NCBI GenBank assembly: GCA_964580065.1
Contig: CAZOJE010000002.1
Span: 2,978 to 66,977 of the forward strand
Reading direction: 5' to 3'
DNA length: 64,000 nt
Source of the DNA: an uncultured Candidatus Saccharibacteria bacterium
Lineage (GTDB): Bacteria > Patescibacteriota > UBA1384 > DTJR01
Numbering within the stretch: the stretch's first letter is position 1; every line of letters begins with the position of its first letter. Shown here piece by piece: positions 1 through 9,382 of the stretch. Made by a program: the position numbers and the translations under genes. Under the pieces are notes generated by a model. The model worked only from the letters and a program-made list of their open reading frames with translations, made no database searches and was not told the origin of the DNA.

Positions 1-1
1 T

Positions 2-1252
2 AGTAACATTTCGCTCGACTATATTTACGTCGGACGCCATAGCATTAAAAAAGCCGGCAAAACAGTCGTAGTCTATCAACCCACTCCAGTTAAAATCGAG
101 AAGGAAGAGAAAATTGCTCGAGCCAAATTGATCTTCGATGCTTATCAGAGCTATCTCAAGAGAAATCCTTCGGTAGAAGAGTTTACTAACTGGTACATCT
201 ACGGCGGACACATGCCAGAAGGAACGGATAAATATCCATGGCAAGACACTTTAAAGGCGGAAAATTCAAAAGTTCGACTTGGCTGGTTGCAGAGAAACCT
301 AACTGGAAAAGGCAATGGCTCCGTACCCGATGGTGGTAAATCACTGATTGAATATGGTTTTTGCTCATGGTGTTCTAACTCCCAATGGAAAACGGCGGTA
401 GCTAAATTGAAATTTGCTTATGGAAACCAGAAAGAATATAAGTGCATTAAATCTGGTAAAGCGGCAGAAGATTGTCCGACGAGACCAACCGATATAATGC
501 AATACAATCCGCTTACAGAAGAATATCTCGATGGTGACACTGGCGGAACCGACAGTAACGAATACAAATACATCAAAGAATTCCTTGACTTGATTGAAAA
601 GATGTCACAAGAGGACCCGGGTGTTGACGAAATAGTTGATGCGTTTATTAAAAACCACGTCGGCTATACCGGATCGATAACACCGACAGCGTCGGCAACG
701 GCTAGCGAATCGGCTGACGGCACTAGTGTGACGTTCCCGAAGGGCTTTAGTACCTATGTCGTACCTTCGACGCTTAGCGGGGTCAATCCAGTTGAGTTTA
801 CTAACAAAGGATTAGATCTGTTCCAGTATGACTCGACTTCTGCCAATAAATGGATTTCGACGGCCTTGGGTGATGAAATTGAAGTATTAAGAAAGGGTGT
901 CGGATATTATATCTATAACCCCGGCACGGCTGTAACGGTTTCGATTAAACAATCGACCGTTGTCGATACCTCTCAAGCCAAGCCGACGCTCAAAAAGGGC
1001 TGGAATTTAGTCGGAAACAGTTTGGGTAAGGATATGAATCTTGGCGAAATAACACATGAAATAGTTGCGGGCGAAAGTAAAACCCTTTCGGCGATGGGTA
1101 AAGAAAATCACATTTACAGTAAGATTTATCTTATCAAGAACGGTTCAGCGACGACAGCTTCAGAAGCGTTTTCGGTGCTTAACCCATTAGCGTCTGACAT
1201 TAGTTCTCAAGTTGTCAGCTATCGCAAGGCGTATTGGGTCTACGTAAAATAA
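2..1252 (+). CDS. Hypothetical secreted/surface protein, 5'-partial; the reading frame is open back to the window edge
   Basis: The listed ORF begins at 128 with TTG, but the same frame has no stop codon back to nt 2. There is no recognisable catalytic motif. Background host-like composition. Confidence 0.45.
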   Translation, partial: SNISLDYIYVGRHSIKKAGKTVVVYQPTPVKIEKEEKIARAKLIFDAYQSYLKRNPSVEEFTNWYIYGGHMPEGTDKYPWQDTLKAENSKVRLGWLQRNLTGKGNGSVPDGGKSLIEYGFCSWCSNSQWKTAVAKLKFAYGNQKEYKCIKSGKAAEDCPTRPTDIMQYNPLTEEYLDGDTGGTDSNEYKYIKEFLDLIEKMSQEDPGVDEIVDAFIKNHVGYTGSITPTASATASESADGTSVTFPKGFSTYVVPSTLSGVNPVEFTNKGLDLFQYDSTSANKWISTALGDEIEVLRKGVGYYIYNPGTAVTVSIKQSTVVDTSQAKPTLKKGWNLVGNSLGKDMNLGEITHEIVAGESKTLSAMGKENHIYSKIYLIKNGSATTASEAFSVLNPLASDISSQVVSYRKAYWVYVK

Positions 1253-1253
1253 A

Positions 1254-2117
1254 ATGTCTGCGGATACGGCCGTAAAAGCGGTCAAAGAGGCCGAAAAGCT
1301 GTATCCGCGGCGCTTGGCGCCGCTCGAAAACCCGCCCAAAGTTCTTTATGGAAAAGGCGATCTATCGCTGTTAAATTGTCAAAAAAGTTTTGCGATTGTT
1401 GGCACAAGAAAGGCCTCGACTTATGCTCTGCAACAGGCCGGAAGAGCGGCTTATGAGCTGGCTGAATCGGGTTTTGTGATAATTTCGGGATTAGCACTAG
1501 GCATAGACTCCGAAGCGCACCGTGGGGCGCTTCAGGCAAAAGGAAAAACAATTGCTGTTTTGGGTAATGCGATCAATTCGATTTATCCGCCACAAAATGA
1601 ATCCTTAGCGGAAAAAATTATCAAAAATAACGGGCTGATTTTGTCAGAATATCCACCTGAAACGGTAACGCAAAAATACAATTTTCTTTATCGCAACAGG
1701 ATAATTGCTGGCTTAGGAGATTATTTGTTTGTGGTGGAAGCGCCCGAAAGATCGGGCGCTCTAGTCACGGCTGGTTTTGCCGCCGATTATGGTCGTGAAG
1801 TTTTTGCTTTGCCCGGAGACATTTCCCGCTGCCAATCAAAGGGTTCAAATAATTTGATTGCCTCTGGCGCGCAATGCGTTTGCTCGATTGATCGTCTGCT
1901 GGAAGCAGTCGGAGCAACGTCAAAGAAAATTAAAATATCGTCAGAGGACGAAAAAATTTTGTCAGCGATTGTCACAAATGCCGGCAATTTTGATAAAATA
2001 CTAACATGCCTGGCATTAAATTCAGCCGAGTTGAACGTTGAGTTAATGCGGTTAGAAATTGCAGGGCTTGTCAAAAAGGATAATTTAGGGAAATATATAG
2101 TGGTTAATTATGAGTAA
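1254..2117 (+). CDS. dprA: DNA processing protein DprA/Smf (Rossmann-fold DNA-protecting protein)
   Basis: Motif ...FAIVGTRKAS...ISGLALGIDSEAHRGAL...TIAVLGNAIN...GALVTA... is typical of DprA. It overlaps the topA start by 8 nt. Confidence 0.75.
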   Translation: MSADTAVKAVKEAEKLYPRRLAPLENPPKVLYGKGDLSLLNCQKSFAIVGTRKASTYALQQAGRAAYELAESGFVIISGLALGIDSEAHRGALQAKGKTIAVLGNAINSIYPPQNESLAEKIIKNNGLILSEYPPETVTQKYNFLYRNRIIAGLGDYLFVVEAPERSGALVTAGFAADYGREVFALPGDISRCQSKGSNNLIASGAQCVCSIDRLLEAVGATSKKIKISSEDEKILSAIVTNAGNFDKILTCLALNSAELNVELMRLEIAGLVKKDNLGKYIVVNYE

Positions 2118-4095
2118 AAATTTAGTCATCGTTGAGTCTCCGGCAAAAGCCAAAACAATCAATGCCTATTTGGGCAATGATTTTGAAGTTACGGCCTCCT
2201 TTGGTCATGTAAGAGATTTGCCTAAAAGTGAAACGGGTATTGATGTTGAGAATAATTTTGAGCCGAAATATATTATCCCCGCTAAAGCAAAAAAAGTTGT
2301 GGCTGATTTGCGCAAAAAAGCTAAAAGTGCTAAAGAAATTTATTTAGCCACTGACCTTGATCGCGAAGGTGAGGCGATTGCTTGGCATATTGCCGAAGCG
2401 ATTGGACTTAATAAGGAAAAATCAAAAGATGAAACGGCTAAAGCCAAACGCATCACTTTTTCTGAAATTACCAAAGACGCTATTTTGGAAGCCGTCAAAA
2501 ATCCCCGCAAACTCGATGTTGATTTAATTGATGCCCAGCAAGCGCGCCGTGTCCTCGACCGTTTGGTTGGCTACAATTTGAGTCCTTTGCTTTGGAAAAA
2601 AGTCATGAAGGGTCTTTCGGCTGGAAGAGTGCAATCAGTCGCTCTTCGCTTAGTTGTGGAGCGCGAAAGAGAAATTGAAGCTTTCAAACCCGAAGAATAC
2701 TGGACGATTGTTGCCGAGCTTGAAAAAGACAAAATCAAATTCGAAGCTCGCTTATCGGAAATAGACGGCAAAAAAACTGATAAACTGGAAATTAAAAACG
2801 AAGAATCAGCCAAAGCGATCGAAAAAGAGCTTGAAAAAGGTAAATATATTGTTTCTAGCGTAGAAAATAAGAAAGAAACCCGCAATCCTTCCAGCCCTCA
2901 CACTACTTCTACTATGCAGCAAGAGGCAGCCAACAGCTTTGGTTTTTCGGCCAAACAGACAATGCGCTTAGCCCAAACTCTTTACGAACAGGGTTTCATC
3001 ACATATATGAGAACCGATTCAGTTAATATTTCGGCCTATGCTAAAGACAAAATTGCTAATTATATCCGCCAATCTTTTGGTGAAAAATACTTGGCCGAAG
3101 CTGGACGCGCCTATAAAACTAAAACTGCACGGGCACAAGAGGCGCACGAATGTATTCGCCCAACCGATGTTGCCAAAACACAGGAAAATTTACAAGGAAA
3201 ATTTGATGCTCAAAGCATAAAATTGTACGACATGATTTGGAGGCGAACTTTATCGTCGCAAATGGCTAAAGCCGAGCTAGATGTAGTTGAAGCCAAAATA
3301 GACAATTCCAAATATCGGTTTTCGGCTAGGGGACAGGCGATTGGTTTCGATGGTTGGCTTAAACTTTATCCCAGCCGTGTCAGCGTGATTGAATTGCCAA
3401 ATCTGGCCGTTAAAGATGAAACAAAATTAGTAGAGCTCAAAAGCGAAAAACACTTCACTGAACCGCCCGGGCGATATTCGGAAGCTACCCTCATTAAAGC
3501 GCTCGAAGAGAGGGGGATCGGCCGACCTTCAACTTACGCACCAACCATGTCAACCATTCAAGATCGCGGTTATGTCGCGAAAGAAAAAGGTAAACTAAAA
3601 CCGGAAAGAGTTGGTTTTATTGTCAATGACATTCTGGTGGCAAATTTTCCCGAAGTGATTGACTATAATTTCACGGCTAAAATGGAAGACGATTTAGATA
3701 AGGTTGCCGCCGGAGAATATAACTGGCGCAAATTAGTTGGCGATTTTTATGGTCCATTTAGCAAAAAAATTGACGAGGGAAAGGACAAAATTGAAAAAAC
3801 TTCTCTCGATGAAGAAACAGAAGAACCTTGTCCTGAATGTGGTAAAAAATTGGTTATAAAACAGTCGCGCAACGGCCGTTTTTACGGGTGTAGCGGTTTT
3901 CCAGAATGTCGTTTCACGAGGTCGTATATCGATGAAAAAACGCAAGCCAAAATCGACGAAGGACAAGATTTAATTAAAGGACGCACTTGCCCAAATTGTT
4001 CAAGCGAGCTTAAAATAGTTAACGGTAAATATGGTCCGTTCATCGGTTGCAGTAAGTATCCCGAGTGCAAATATATCGAAAAAATTAAAAAATAG
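2110..4095 (+). CDS. topA: DNA topoisomerase I
   Basis: N-terminal Toprim (LVIVESPAKAKTI), the catalytic region, and two C-terminal C4 zinc ribbons (CPECGKK...GCSGFPEC; CPNCSSEL...GCSKYPEC). Confidence 0.9.
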   Translation: MSKNLVIVESPAKAKTINAYLGNDFEVTASFGHVRDLPKSETGIDVENNFEPKYIIPAKAKKVVADLRKKAKSAKEIYLATDLDREGEAIAWHIAEAIGLNKEKSKDETAKAKRITFSEITKDAILEAVKNPRKLDVDLIDAQQARRVLDRLVGYNLSPLLWKKVMKGLSAGRVQSVALRLVVEREREIEAFKPEEYWTIVAELEKDKIKFEARLSEIDGKKTDKLEIKNEESAKAIEKELEKGKYIVSSVENKKETRNPSSPHTTSTMQQEAANSFGFSAKQTMRLAQTLYEQGFITYMRTDSVNISAYAKDKIANYIRQSFGEKYLAEAGRAYKTKTARAQEAHECIRPTDVAKTQENLQGKFDAQSIKLYDMIWRRTLSSQMAKAELDVVEAKIDNSKYRFSARGQAIGFDGWLKLYPSRVSVIELPNLAVKDETKLVELKSEKHFTEPPGRYSEATLIKALEERGIGRPSTYAPTMSTIQDRGYVAKEKGKLKPERVGFIVNDILVANFPEVIDYNFTAKMEDDLDKVAAGEYNWRKLVGDFYGPFSKKIDEGKDKIEKTSLDEETEEPCPECGKKLVIKQSRNGRFYGCSGFPECRFTRSYIDEKTQAKIDEGQDLIKGRTCPNCSSELKIVNGKYGPFIGCSKYPECKYIEKIKK

Positions 4096-4180
4096 TTCTC
4101 CTTCAAGGTTTTTGGCGGTGACAAATAAGTAAAAATACGCTATTTTTATTGTGCAATTAATTTGTAAATAAAAAGTATCA

Positions 4181-4777
4181 ATGCTTCCAAAATCGATTAG
4201 TAACCTCATCGAAGAATTTTCCCGGCTTCCCGGAATCGGGCCGAAATCGGCTTCGCGAATTGTTTTTTATCTTCTTTCTCAACGAAAAGAAGATTTGGAG
4301 CGTTTGTCAAAATCTGTTGCTGATTTGAAGGAAAATTTAAAGGTTTGCTCGGACTGCTATAATTATGGCGAAACAGATCCTTGTGAAATTTGTTTAGATG
4401 AACAAAGAAATAAAACAATGGTTTGTGTCGTCGAAGAGCCGCTTGATGTCATTGTTTTGGATCGAGCTGGTTTTGATGGCCTTTTTCATGTTTTAGGTGG
4501 AGTAATTTCACCGATCAACGGCATTGGCCCTGATGATATCAGGATTAAAGAGCTAGTTGACAGAGTGAGGAAGGATTCTGATAAAATAAAAGAAATCATT
4601 CTGGCGACAAACCCATCGCTAGAGGGTGAGGCGACGGCTGTATATATTCAAGATCGTTTGCGTGATCTTGATGTCAAAGTGACTCGCTTGGCCCGCGGTT
4701 TGCCGGTTGGTGGTGATTTAGAGTACGCTGACGAGCTGACTTTATCAAGATCGCTCGATGGCCGAAAAGAATTTTAA
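4181..4777 (+). CDS. recR: Recombination protein RecR
   Basis: HhH N-terminus (LPGIGPKSASRI), a C4 zinc finger (CSDCYNYGETDPCEIC), and a Toprim domain. Confidence 0.9.
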   Translation: MLPKSISNLIEEFSRLPGIGPKSASRIVFYLLSQRKEDLERLSKSVADLKENLKVCSDCYNYGETDPCEICLDEQRNKTMVCVVEEPLDVIVLDRAGFDGLFHVLGGVISPINGIGPDDIRIKELVDRVRKDSDKIKEIILATNPSLEGEATAVYIQDRLRDLDVKVTRLARGLPVGGDLEYADELTLSRSLDGRKEF

Positions 4778-4822
4778 ATCTAAAAGCTCGATTTGTGAGC
4801 AAAGCAAAGATAAAGGGGAAAA

Positions 4823-5095
4823 ATGGACAATAGCAATCAAAATATTGATGAGGTAAAAGCAGAAGCAAAATATTTTTGTTCAATTTGCGGATTTGAAGGC
4901 AATGATTTAATCTGTCCAGTCTGTGGCGAAAAAATGGAATCGCTCGAAACAGAGCTGGATAAAATTAAAGAACGTGAAGAATCGGACGATTTACTTGATG
5001 TTGAAAGCGATGAAATTAGCTTGGAACAAGAAGTCGAAAAAGAACACAAGGAGGCGGAAAAAGAGGCGAATGAGGAAGATACTGGAGATTTATAA
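4823..5095 (+). CDS. Small zinc-ribbon protein (CxxC...CxxC) with an acidic C-terminal tail
   Basis: CSICGFEGNDLICPVCG motif. An AAAGGGG Shine-Dalgarno sits 6 nt upstream of the ATG. The 3' end overlaps the cysS start by 26 nt. Confidence 0.45.
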   Translation: MDNSNQNIDEVKAEAKYFCSICGFEGNDLICPVCGEKMESLETELDKIKEREESDDLLDVESDEISLEQEVEKEHKEAEKEANEEDTGDL

Positions 5096-6551
5096 CACAT
5101 TATCGAAAAAAATCGAAGAAGTTGAACCGCTCGAAGGTGATTTAATTCGAATTTATTCATGCGGCCCGACAGTTTATGATTATGCTCACATTGGCAACTT
5201 GCGAAAATATGTTTTTGATGATTTGCTGGTTCGCACCTTAAAAAATTTCGGTTATCAGGTAAAAAGAGTAATGAACATTACAGATGTTGGTCATCTGACT
5301 AGCGACTCTGATACCGGCGAAGACAAAATTGAAAAAGGGGCACGCCGCGAAGGCAAAACGGCTTGGGAAATTGCTAAATTTTACGAAAAGGCGTTTTTTG
5401 AAGATATCGAAAAGCTGAATATTATCGAACCGGATATTGTGGCCCGAGCTTCGGAACATATCGACGACCAAATTAATCTTATAAAAAAACTCGACGAGAA
5501 AGGTTTTGCCTACAAAATAGACGATGGAATCTATTTCGACACTTCGAAATTGGCTGATTATGGCAAATTAGCCCATTTAAATACTGAAGGCCAGATTGAA
5601 GGGGCGCGGGTAGAAGCGAACCAGCAAAAAAGAAACCCAACTGATTTTGCGCTGTGGAAATTTTCTTATCCGAGTGGACGGAAATTTGATTCGTCGCGTG
5701 ATGACGCAAAAGCTCGTCGCCAAATGGAATGGAATTCTCCTTGGGGATTAGGTTTTCCGGGTTGGCATTTAGAATGTTCGGCAATGAGCGTGAAGTATCT
5801 TGGCCAGCCGTTTGAAATTCACACCGGTGGTGTCGATCACATCAGTGTTCATCACACTAACGAAATCGCCCAATCGGAAGCGGCCGAAGACAAGTCTTTG
5901 GCCAAATATTGGGTTCATAGCGAATTTGTGCTTGAAAACGGTCACAAAATGGCCAAATCCGAAGGCCATTTTATTAGACTTTCCGATTTAGAGGCGAAAT
6001 CTTTTGATCCGCTGGATTTTCGTTATCTTTGCTTGGGGGCCCATTATCGCTCAAAACTTGATTTTAGTTACGATTCTTTAGCGGGCGCCCAATCGGCTAG
6101 GCAGAAAATTGTTAATTTTGCCCGAAAAATTGCTACTGACAAGCAGTCATCAGAAGAGGAAAAGGCATTTTTTGTTGATAAGGAAAATGCCTTTGAGCAG
6201 GCGTTAGCAAACGATTTGGACACGCCGCGCGCTTTGGCGATAATTTTTGAAACAATTTCTTCAGCTTACGAATCAGCGTATTTTGGCAAGTCAGCCGAAG
6301 AATTTTTAGAAAAAATTGATGGTTATCTCGGTTTGAATTTAATGGCGAAGATGTTCTTTTACGATTCCGTAAGATCAACCGCAGAATTGCCTGAAGAAAT
6401 TATTAAATTAGCGCAAAAAAGAAATCATTTGCGTCAAGTTGGCGATTTTGCCCAAGCCGACCAGTTAAAGCAGGAAATTATCGCTAAGGGATATCGATTA
6501 GAGGACTCACTTGATTACGTAACTATTGACAAATCTGCCATTTTGAAGTAG
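5070..6551 (+). CDS. cysS: Cysteine--tRNA ligase
   Basis: HIGN and KMAKS(E) class-I motifs. The listed ORF starts at 4923, but the conserved N-terminus (MRKILEIYNTL...) starts at the ATG at 5070, which has an AAGAGG Shine-Dalgarno. Confidence 0.9.
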   Translation: MRKILEIYNTLSKKIEEVEPLEGDLIRIYSCGPTVYDYAHIGNLRKYVFDDLLVRTLKNFGYQVKRVMNITDVGHLTSDSDTGEDKIEKGARREGKTAWEIAKFYEKAFFEDIEKLNIIEPDIVARASEHIDDQINLIKKLDEKGFAYKIDDGIYFDTSKLADYGKLAHLNTEGQIEGARVEANQQKRNPTDFALWKFSYPSGRKFDSSRDDAKARRQMEWNSPWGLGFPGWHLECSAMSVKYLGQPFEIHTGGVDHISVHHTNEIAQSEAAEDKSLAKYWVHSEFVLENGHKMAKSEGHFIRLSDLEAKSFDPLDFRYLCLGAHYRSKLDFSYDSLAGAQSARQKIVNFARKIATDKQSSEEEKAFFVDKENAFEQALANDLDTPRALAIIFETISSAYESAYFGKSAEEFLEKIDGYLGLNLMAKMFFYDSVRSTAELPEEIIKLAQKRNHLRQVGDFAQADQLKQEIIAKGYRLEDSLDYVTIDKSAILK

Positions 6552-6574
6552 GGTTTGATGTTATAAATAAGGAG

Positions 6575-6598
6575 AGGAGGGAACCCTCTTCTTTTTAT
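6575..6598 (+). terminator. Putative intrinsic terminator of cysS
   Basis: 7-bp stem AGGAGGG/CCCTCTT (one G-U pair) with a 2-nt loop, followed by CTTTTTAT, 24 nt after the cysS stop. Confidence 0.5.
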
Positions 6599-6620
6599 AC
6601 GATTCACGGGCCCGATGAGC

Positions 6621-6634
6621 CAAAAGCAAATTAT
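6621..6634. repeat. Left copy of a 14-bp direct repeat CAAAAGCAAATTAT flanking the high-GC cassette
   Basis: An identical 14-mer is at 9383-9396; together they bracket the ~2.8 kb GC-rich insertion. Confidence 0.5.
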
Positions 6635-6778
6635 AATTTGGTTTTAAGATGAATAGAATTCTGGCTGGGATTTGGGAGAGTTGTCCCGACTTGGATCGGG
6701 ACTATGCCCCTCCTTCTCACTTCCTGGCTAGAATCCTGCTCGTCTTAATCTAGGCGAAGCATGTAATTTGAAAATTGA

Positions 6779-6901
6779 AGCTTCGGACAATTAAGCGCGC
6801 AAAGCCCTATCATTTATAAAGATGACTAAATTTCTTCTTGGAATTACTAATTCCAAGCTATTTGGGGTCAAGGGCGTTTGTTCGTTTAGTTGTCCGAAGC
6901 T
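6779..6901. repeat. 12-bp inverted repeat (AGCTTCGGACAA / TTGTCCGAAGCT) separated by ~100 nt, just upstream of the GC-rich cassette
   Basis: Arms at 6779-6790 and 6890-6901 are exact reverse complements. Inside is a 7-bp hairpin, TTGGAAT/ATTCCAA. Confidence 0.45.
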
Positions 6902-6980
6902 CGAAACTAAGGGGTAGATTAAAATCGCCCCGCACGCCGAAAAGGCGGAAAGCAAAAAGCCGCCAATTCGGCGGCAAGGA

Positions 6981-8141
6981 GTGGTTGAAGTGACGAAGTA
7001 TTTCGCCGTGGTCGTGCTCCTTGCTGTGGTTACGACATTTGTACCACAGCAGGCGATGGCGGGAGGGGTGTTTGAGCTCGTCTTTGGCTCCAAGTCGAAG
7101 ACGGTTCAGGCCTTTGCCCCCGGGGTCATTGGGGCTTTTTCGGCCCGTGATCCGAGAGACTTACACGAGGTCAGCTTTGACCTCGACGGCTCCGGCCGGC
7201 GGGTGGTGCTGGATACCGGCATCCCCGTTGAGAAGGGGCTAGTACTGGTGGGTATCCTTGCTGCCAGCACGGCGGCGAGAAACGCCCAAAAAGCCGTTCT
7301 ACGCCTAGATCTCGATCCGAAGGCTTTTGACGTTGTGCCAGGGCCGAGATCAGGCGAGGATCAAGAGGCGTGGTTGGCCTACGCAGTCACCTGCGCCAGA
7401 TACAAGGTTGGGGCAGGCGGGAGGGCCTTCAAGCCCTTCCAGACGGCGTCACCACCATTCGTATTCGTCGTCGATTCGAGTACGCTGCTGAACTCGGCGC
7501 ACTCGATCGACATTTATCTGGAGTGCGGGGGGACGGGAGCGTCGTTCTTACTGCCCTTCCGGGTTGTTCAGTTGGCTGATGAGACTGGACAACCGATCCA
7601 GAGCGAGTACCAAAAGCCGCTGCCGGCTGGTGCTTACTCTGGCGGAGCAGTTCCGCCCAGTCCCGCTGCTGGCGACTTTGCTGCGCAAGCGCTGGCAAGC
7701 GCCCCCTGGAAGGCGAGGATCAAGGAGGCGGCCGCCAAGCACGGCCTAAACCTGGATACCTCCTCCGAGAAGGACTTTAGGCTCGGCGGAACGTTTCGCT
7801 GGCCTAAGGATAAGGGCCCTTCTCCCTTCATCGTCATTTGCCTCGGCAAGGACGGCCTCCCCTTGCCGCAGGGGAAGATTTCCCTCCTTCTCATGGATAG
7901 AGACAAGATCAGGAGGGAGATCAAGGGAGATGTTATCGACGGAATGTTTGTTTCTTACGATGTTCCGTCGATCAAGCAGGTCGCGTTCCGGGTGAACGGG
8001 CAGATATTGTCCGTTAATATCGTTCCACCCGGGCACGACCCATACTTCGTATGGCAAACGCGTCCCCACGACAAGACGGTGGGGACGTATGTTGTACTCG
8101 TCCAAGACAAGGGCGAGTGGCGCATACCGCGATCTAACTAG
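6981..8141 (+). CDS. Secreted hypothetical protein with a signal peptide, on strongly GC-rich foreign-looking DNA
   Basis: GTG start with an AAGGAG Shine-Dalgarno. The signal peptide ends ...AMA|GG. Codon usage is GC3-rich, unlike its neighbours. No known domain recognised. Confidence 0.6.
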   Translation: MVEVTKYFAVVVLLAVVTTFVPQQAMAGGVFELVFGSKSKTVQAFAPGVIGAFSARDPRDLHEVSFDLDGSGRRVVLDTGIPVEKGLVLVGILAASTAARNAQKAVLRLDLDPKAFDVVPGPRSGEDQEAWLAYAVTCARYKVGAGGRAFKPFQTASPPFVFVVDSSTLLNSAHSIDIYLECGGTGASFLLPFRVVQLADETGQPIQSEYQKPLPAGAYSGGAVPPSPAAGDFAAQALASAPWKARIKEAAAKHGLNLDTSSEKDFRLGGTFRWPKDKGPSPFIVICLGKDGLPLPQGKISLLLMDRDKIRREIKGDVIDGMFVSYDVPSIKQVAFRVNGQILSVNIVPPGHDPYFVWQTRPHDKTVGTYVVLVQDKGEWRIPRSN

Positions 8142-8146
8142 AGGAG

Positions 8147-9283
8147 GTGCGCAAGATGCGCACGAAGATTGTCGCATTGACATTTGTCGTGGCCATGGTT
8201 GCTTCGACCGCCATGGCAGATCGGCCGTCGTACGTTCGTGAGGTGAGGGTGGCCCTGACGCACGAAAGGGTCATCCAAGATCCTCGCTTCGCCGCTTTCG
8301 CTCGGCAGTTCGGCTTGTGCGAGAACGTCTTCACGAGTTTCCCGCACAAGCAGGCGAATCTCCCGTCGGAAACGACGGGAAAGTTTCGCTGGGGTGTCGA
8401 CGACTCCCAGGCCAAGGAGTGGGGAGCCGTTACACCGCAGGAGTCGGCCTGTTTCCCGGGGGTACTGTACGACCTCGGGAACGGCTGGTTCCTGCACGCC
8501 CAGCTAGGAGCACTGGGAAACGCTATCCTGTTCTACGGGCGTTTCCCGGGAGCGGGTCCAGCTGGTCCTGCCGGCCCACAGGGTCCTGCCGGTCCTCCTG
8601 GGCCTAAGGGCGATGTTGGTCCGATGGGTCCGGTTGGTCCTACCGGTGCTACTGGAGCTACTGGTCCGGCTGGTGCTCCTGGACCGGCGGGTCCCAAGGG
8701 CGACGCGGGCCTGCAGGGGGCTCCCGGCACGGACGGGGCCGATGGTGCTCCCGGGCCTAAGGGCGACAAGGGAGATACTGGCCCACAGGGTGTCCCCGGA
8801 GCTACGGGCGCTACGGGCGCCAAGGGTGATACGGGGCCTGCTGGTCCCCCTGGACCAGCCGTTGCCGCCGCGCCAGCACCGGCGCCGGCTCCTCCCGAGA
8901 AGCCCAAGAAAAAGCGGGAAGCGCCCTGTGTTTGGGAGCCGCAACCACTTGAGCGGCCGTGCCAGCCACTGGTACAGAAAATCGTCGTGGCTGGCATGCG
9001 CAATGACCGCCCCTTTGGAGTTGACGTTCACGGGGCGCAGCCAATCATCATCCAGCAACCCGGCCGGCCGGGCTTGCTGGACTATGTGGTGCCTCTTGGC
9101 GCGGCCTATCTCGGCCGGGCCGAAGGCAGCCGTTACTACTTGTCGGCCACCGGCGGTACGGCTGTCGCCACCGGTGGCCAGGGCGGATCGGCTTGCGTTG
9201 GGCCGATCACGAACGTGAGCAGCAACACAAACTCCAACGCAAATAGCAACTCTAACGCGTTGGCCGCTAGTGCCGGCAACTAG
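8147..9283 (+). CDS. Secreted collagen-like (G-X-Y repeat) protein, on GC-rich foreign-looking DNA
   Basis: GGAGG Shine-Dalgarno; signal peptide (...STAMA|DR); about 34 uninterrupted GXY triplets ([20 protein letters not shown]...). A Pro/Ala linker follows, then a C-terminal globular region ending in an Asn/Ser-rich tail, [12 protein letters not shown]. Confidence 0.7.
   Translation: MRKMRTKIVALTFVVAMVASTAMADRPSYVREVRVALTHERVIQDPRFAAFARQFGLCENVFTSFPHKQANLPSETTGKFRWGVDDSQAKEWGAVTPQESACFPGVLYDLGNGWFLHAQLGALGNAILFYGRFPGAGPAGPAGPQGPAGPPGPKGDVGPMGPVGPTGATGATGPAGAPGPAGPKGDAGLQGAPGTDGADGAPGPKGDKGDTGPQGVPGATGATGAKGDTGPAGPPGPAVAAAPAPAPAPPEKPKKKREAPCVWEPQPLERPCQPLVQKIVVAGMRNDRPFGVDVHGAQPIIIQQPGRPGLLDYVVPLGAAYLGRAEGSRYYLSATGGTAVATGGQGGSACVGPITNVSSNTNSNANSNSNALAASAGN
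8555..8860 (+). repeat. Collagen-like triplet repeat coding region (~34 x G-X-Y)
   Basis: Direct read of 9-nt/3-codon periodicity GGN-CCN-NNN in frame with CDS 8147-9283. Confidence 0.7.
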
Positions 9284-9302
9284 AGGCCAACGCATTCTCA
9301 TG

Positions 9303-9335
9303 GGGCGGCGGCGAGTGACAAGCTCGCCGCCGCCC
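9303..9335. terminator. GC-rich 13-bp perfect hairpin 20 nt after the collagen-like gene; factor-independent terminator-like without a U-tract
   Basis: GGGCGGCGGCGAG tgacaag CTCGCCGCCGCCC. Confidence 0.4.
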
Positions 9336-9382
9336 TACCGCACTGATTAATTTTCAGCAGAGATAAGCTCTTGAGAAATAAT

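Noticed and set aside
4923-5069. Upstream 49 codons of the listed cysS ORF.
   Set aside because: The Lys/Arg-rich segment lacks homology to CysRS N-termini. An AAGAGG Shine-Dalgarno and ATG at 5070 give the canonical MRKILEIYNTL start.
6552-6980. A tRNA or tmRNA gene as the integration target at the left edge of the GC-rich cassette.
   Set aside because: No T-loop (GGTTCGAAT-like) or cloverleaf pattern was found by eye. Only hairpins and direct/inverted repeats.
8504-9301. Several long antisense or alternate-frame ORFs in the track across 7.0-9.3 kb (e.g. 8504-9301, 8533-9003, 8613-9218, 7429-7698, 7746-8183).
   Set aside because: These are shadow ORFs expected in GC-rich DNA with few stop codons, and they are mirror frames of the collagen GXY repeat (PGP/AGP/RSS runs). 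The plus-strand genes have signal peptides, Shine-Dalgarno sequences and coherent domain structure.
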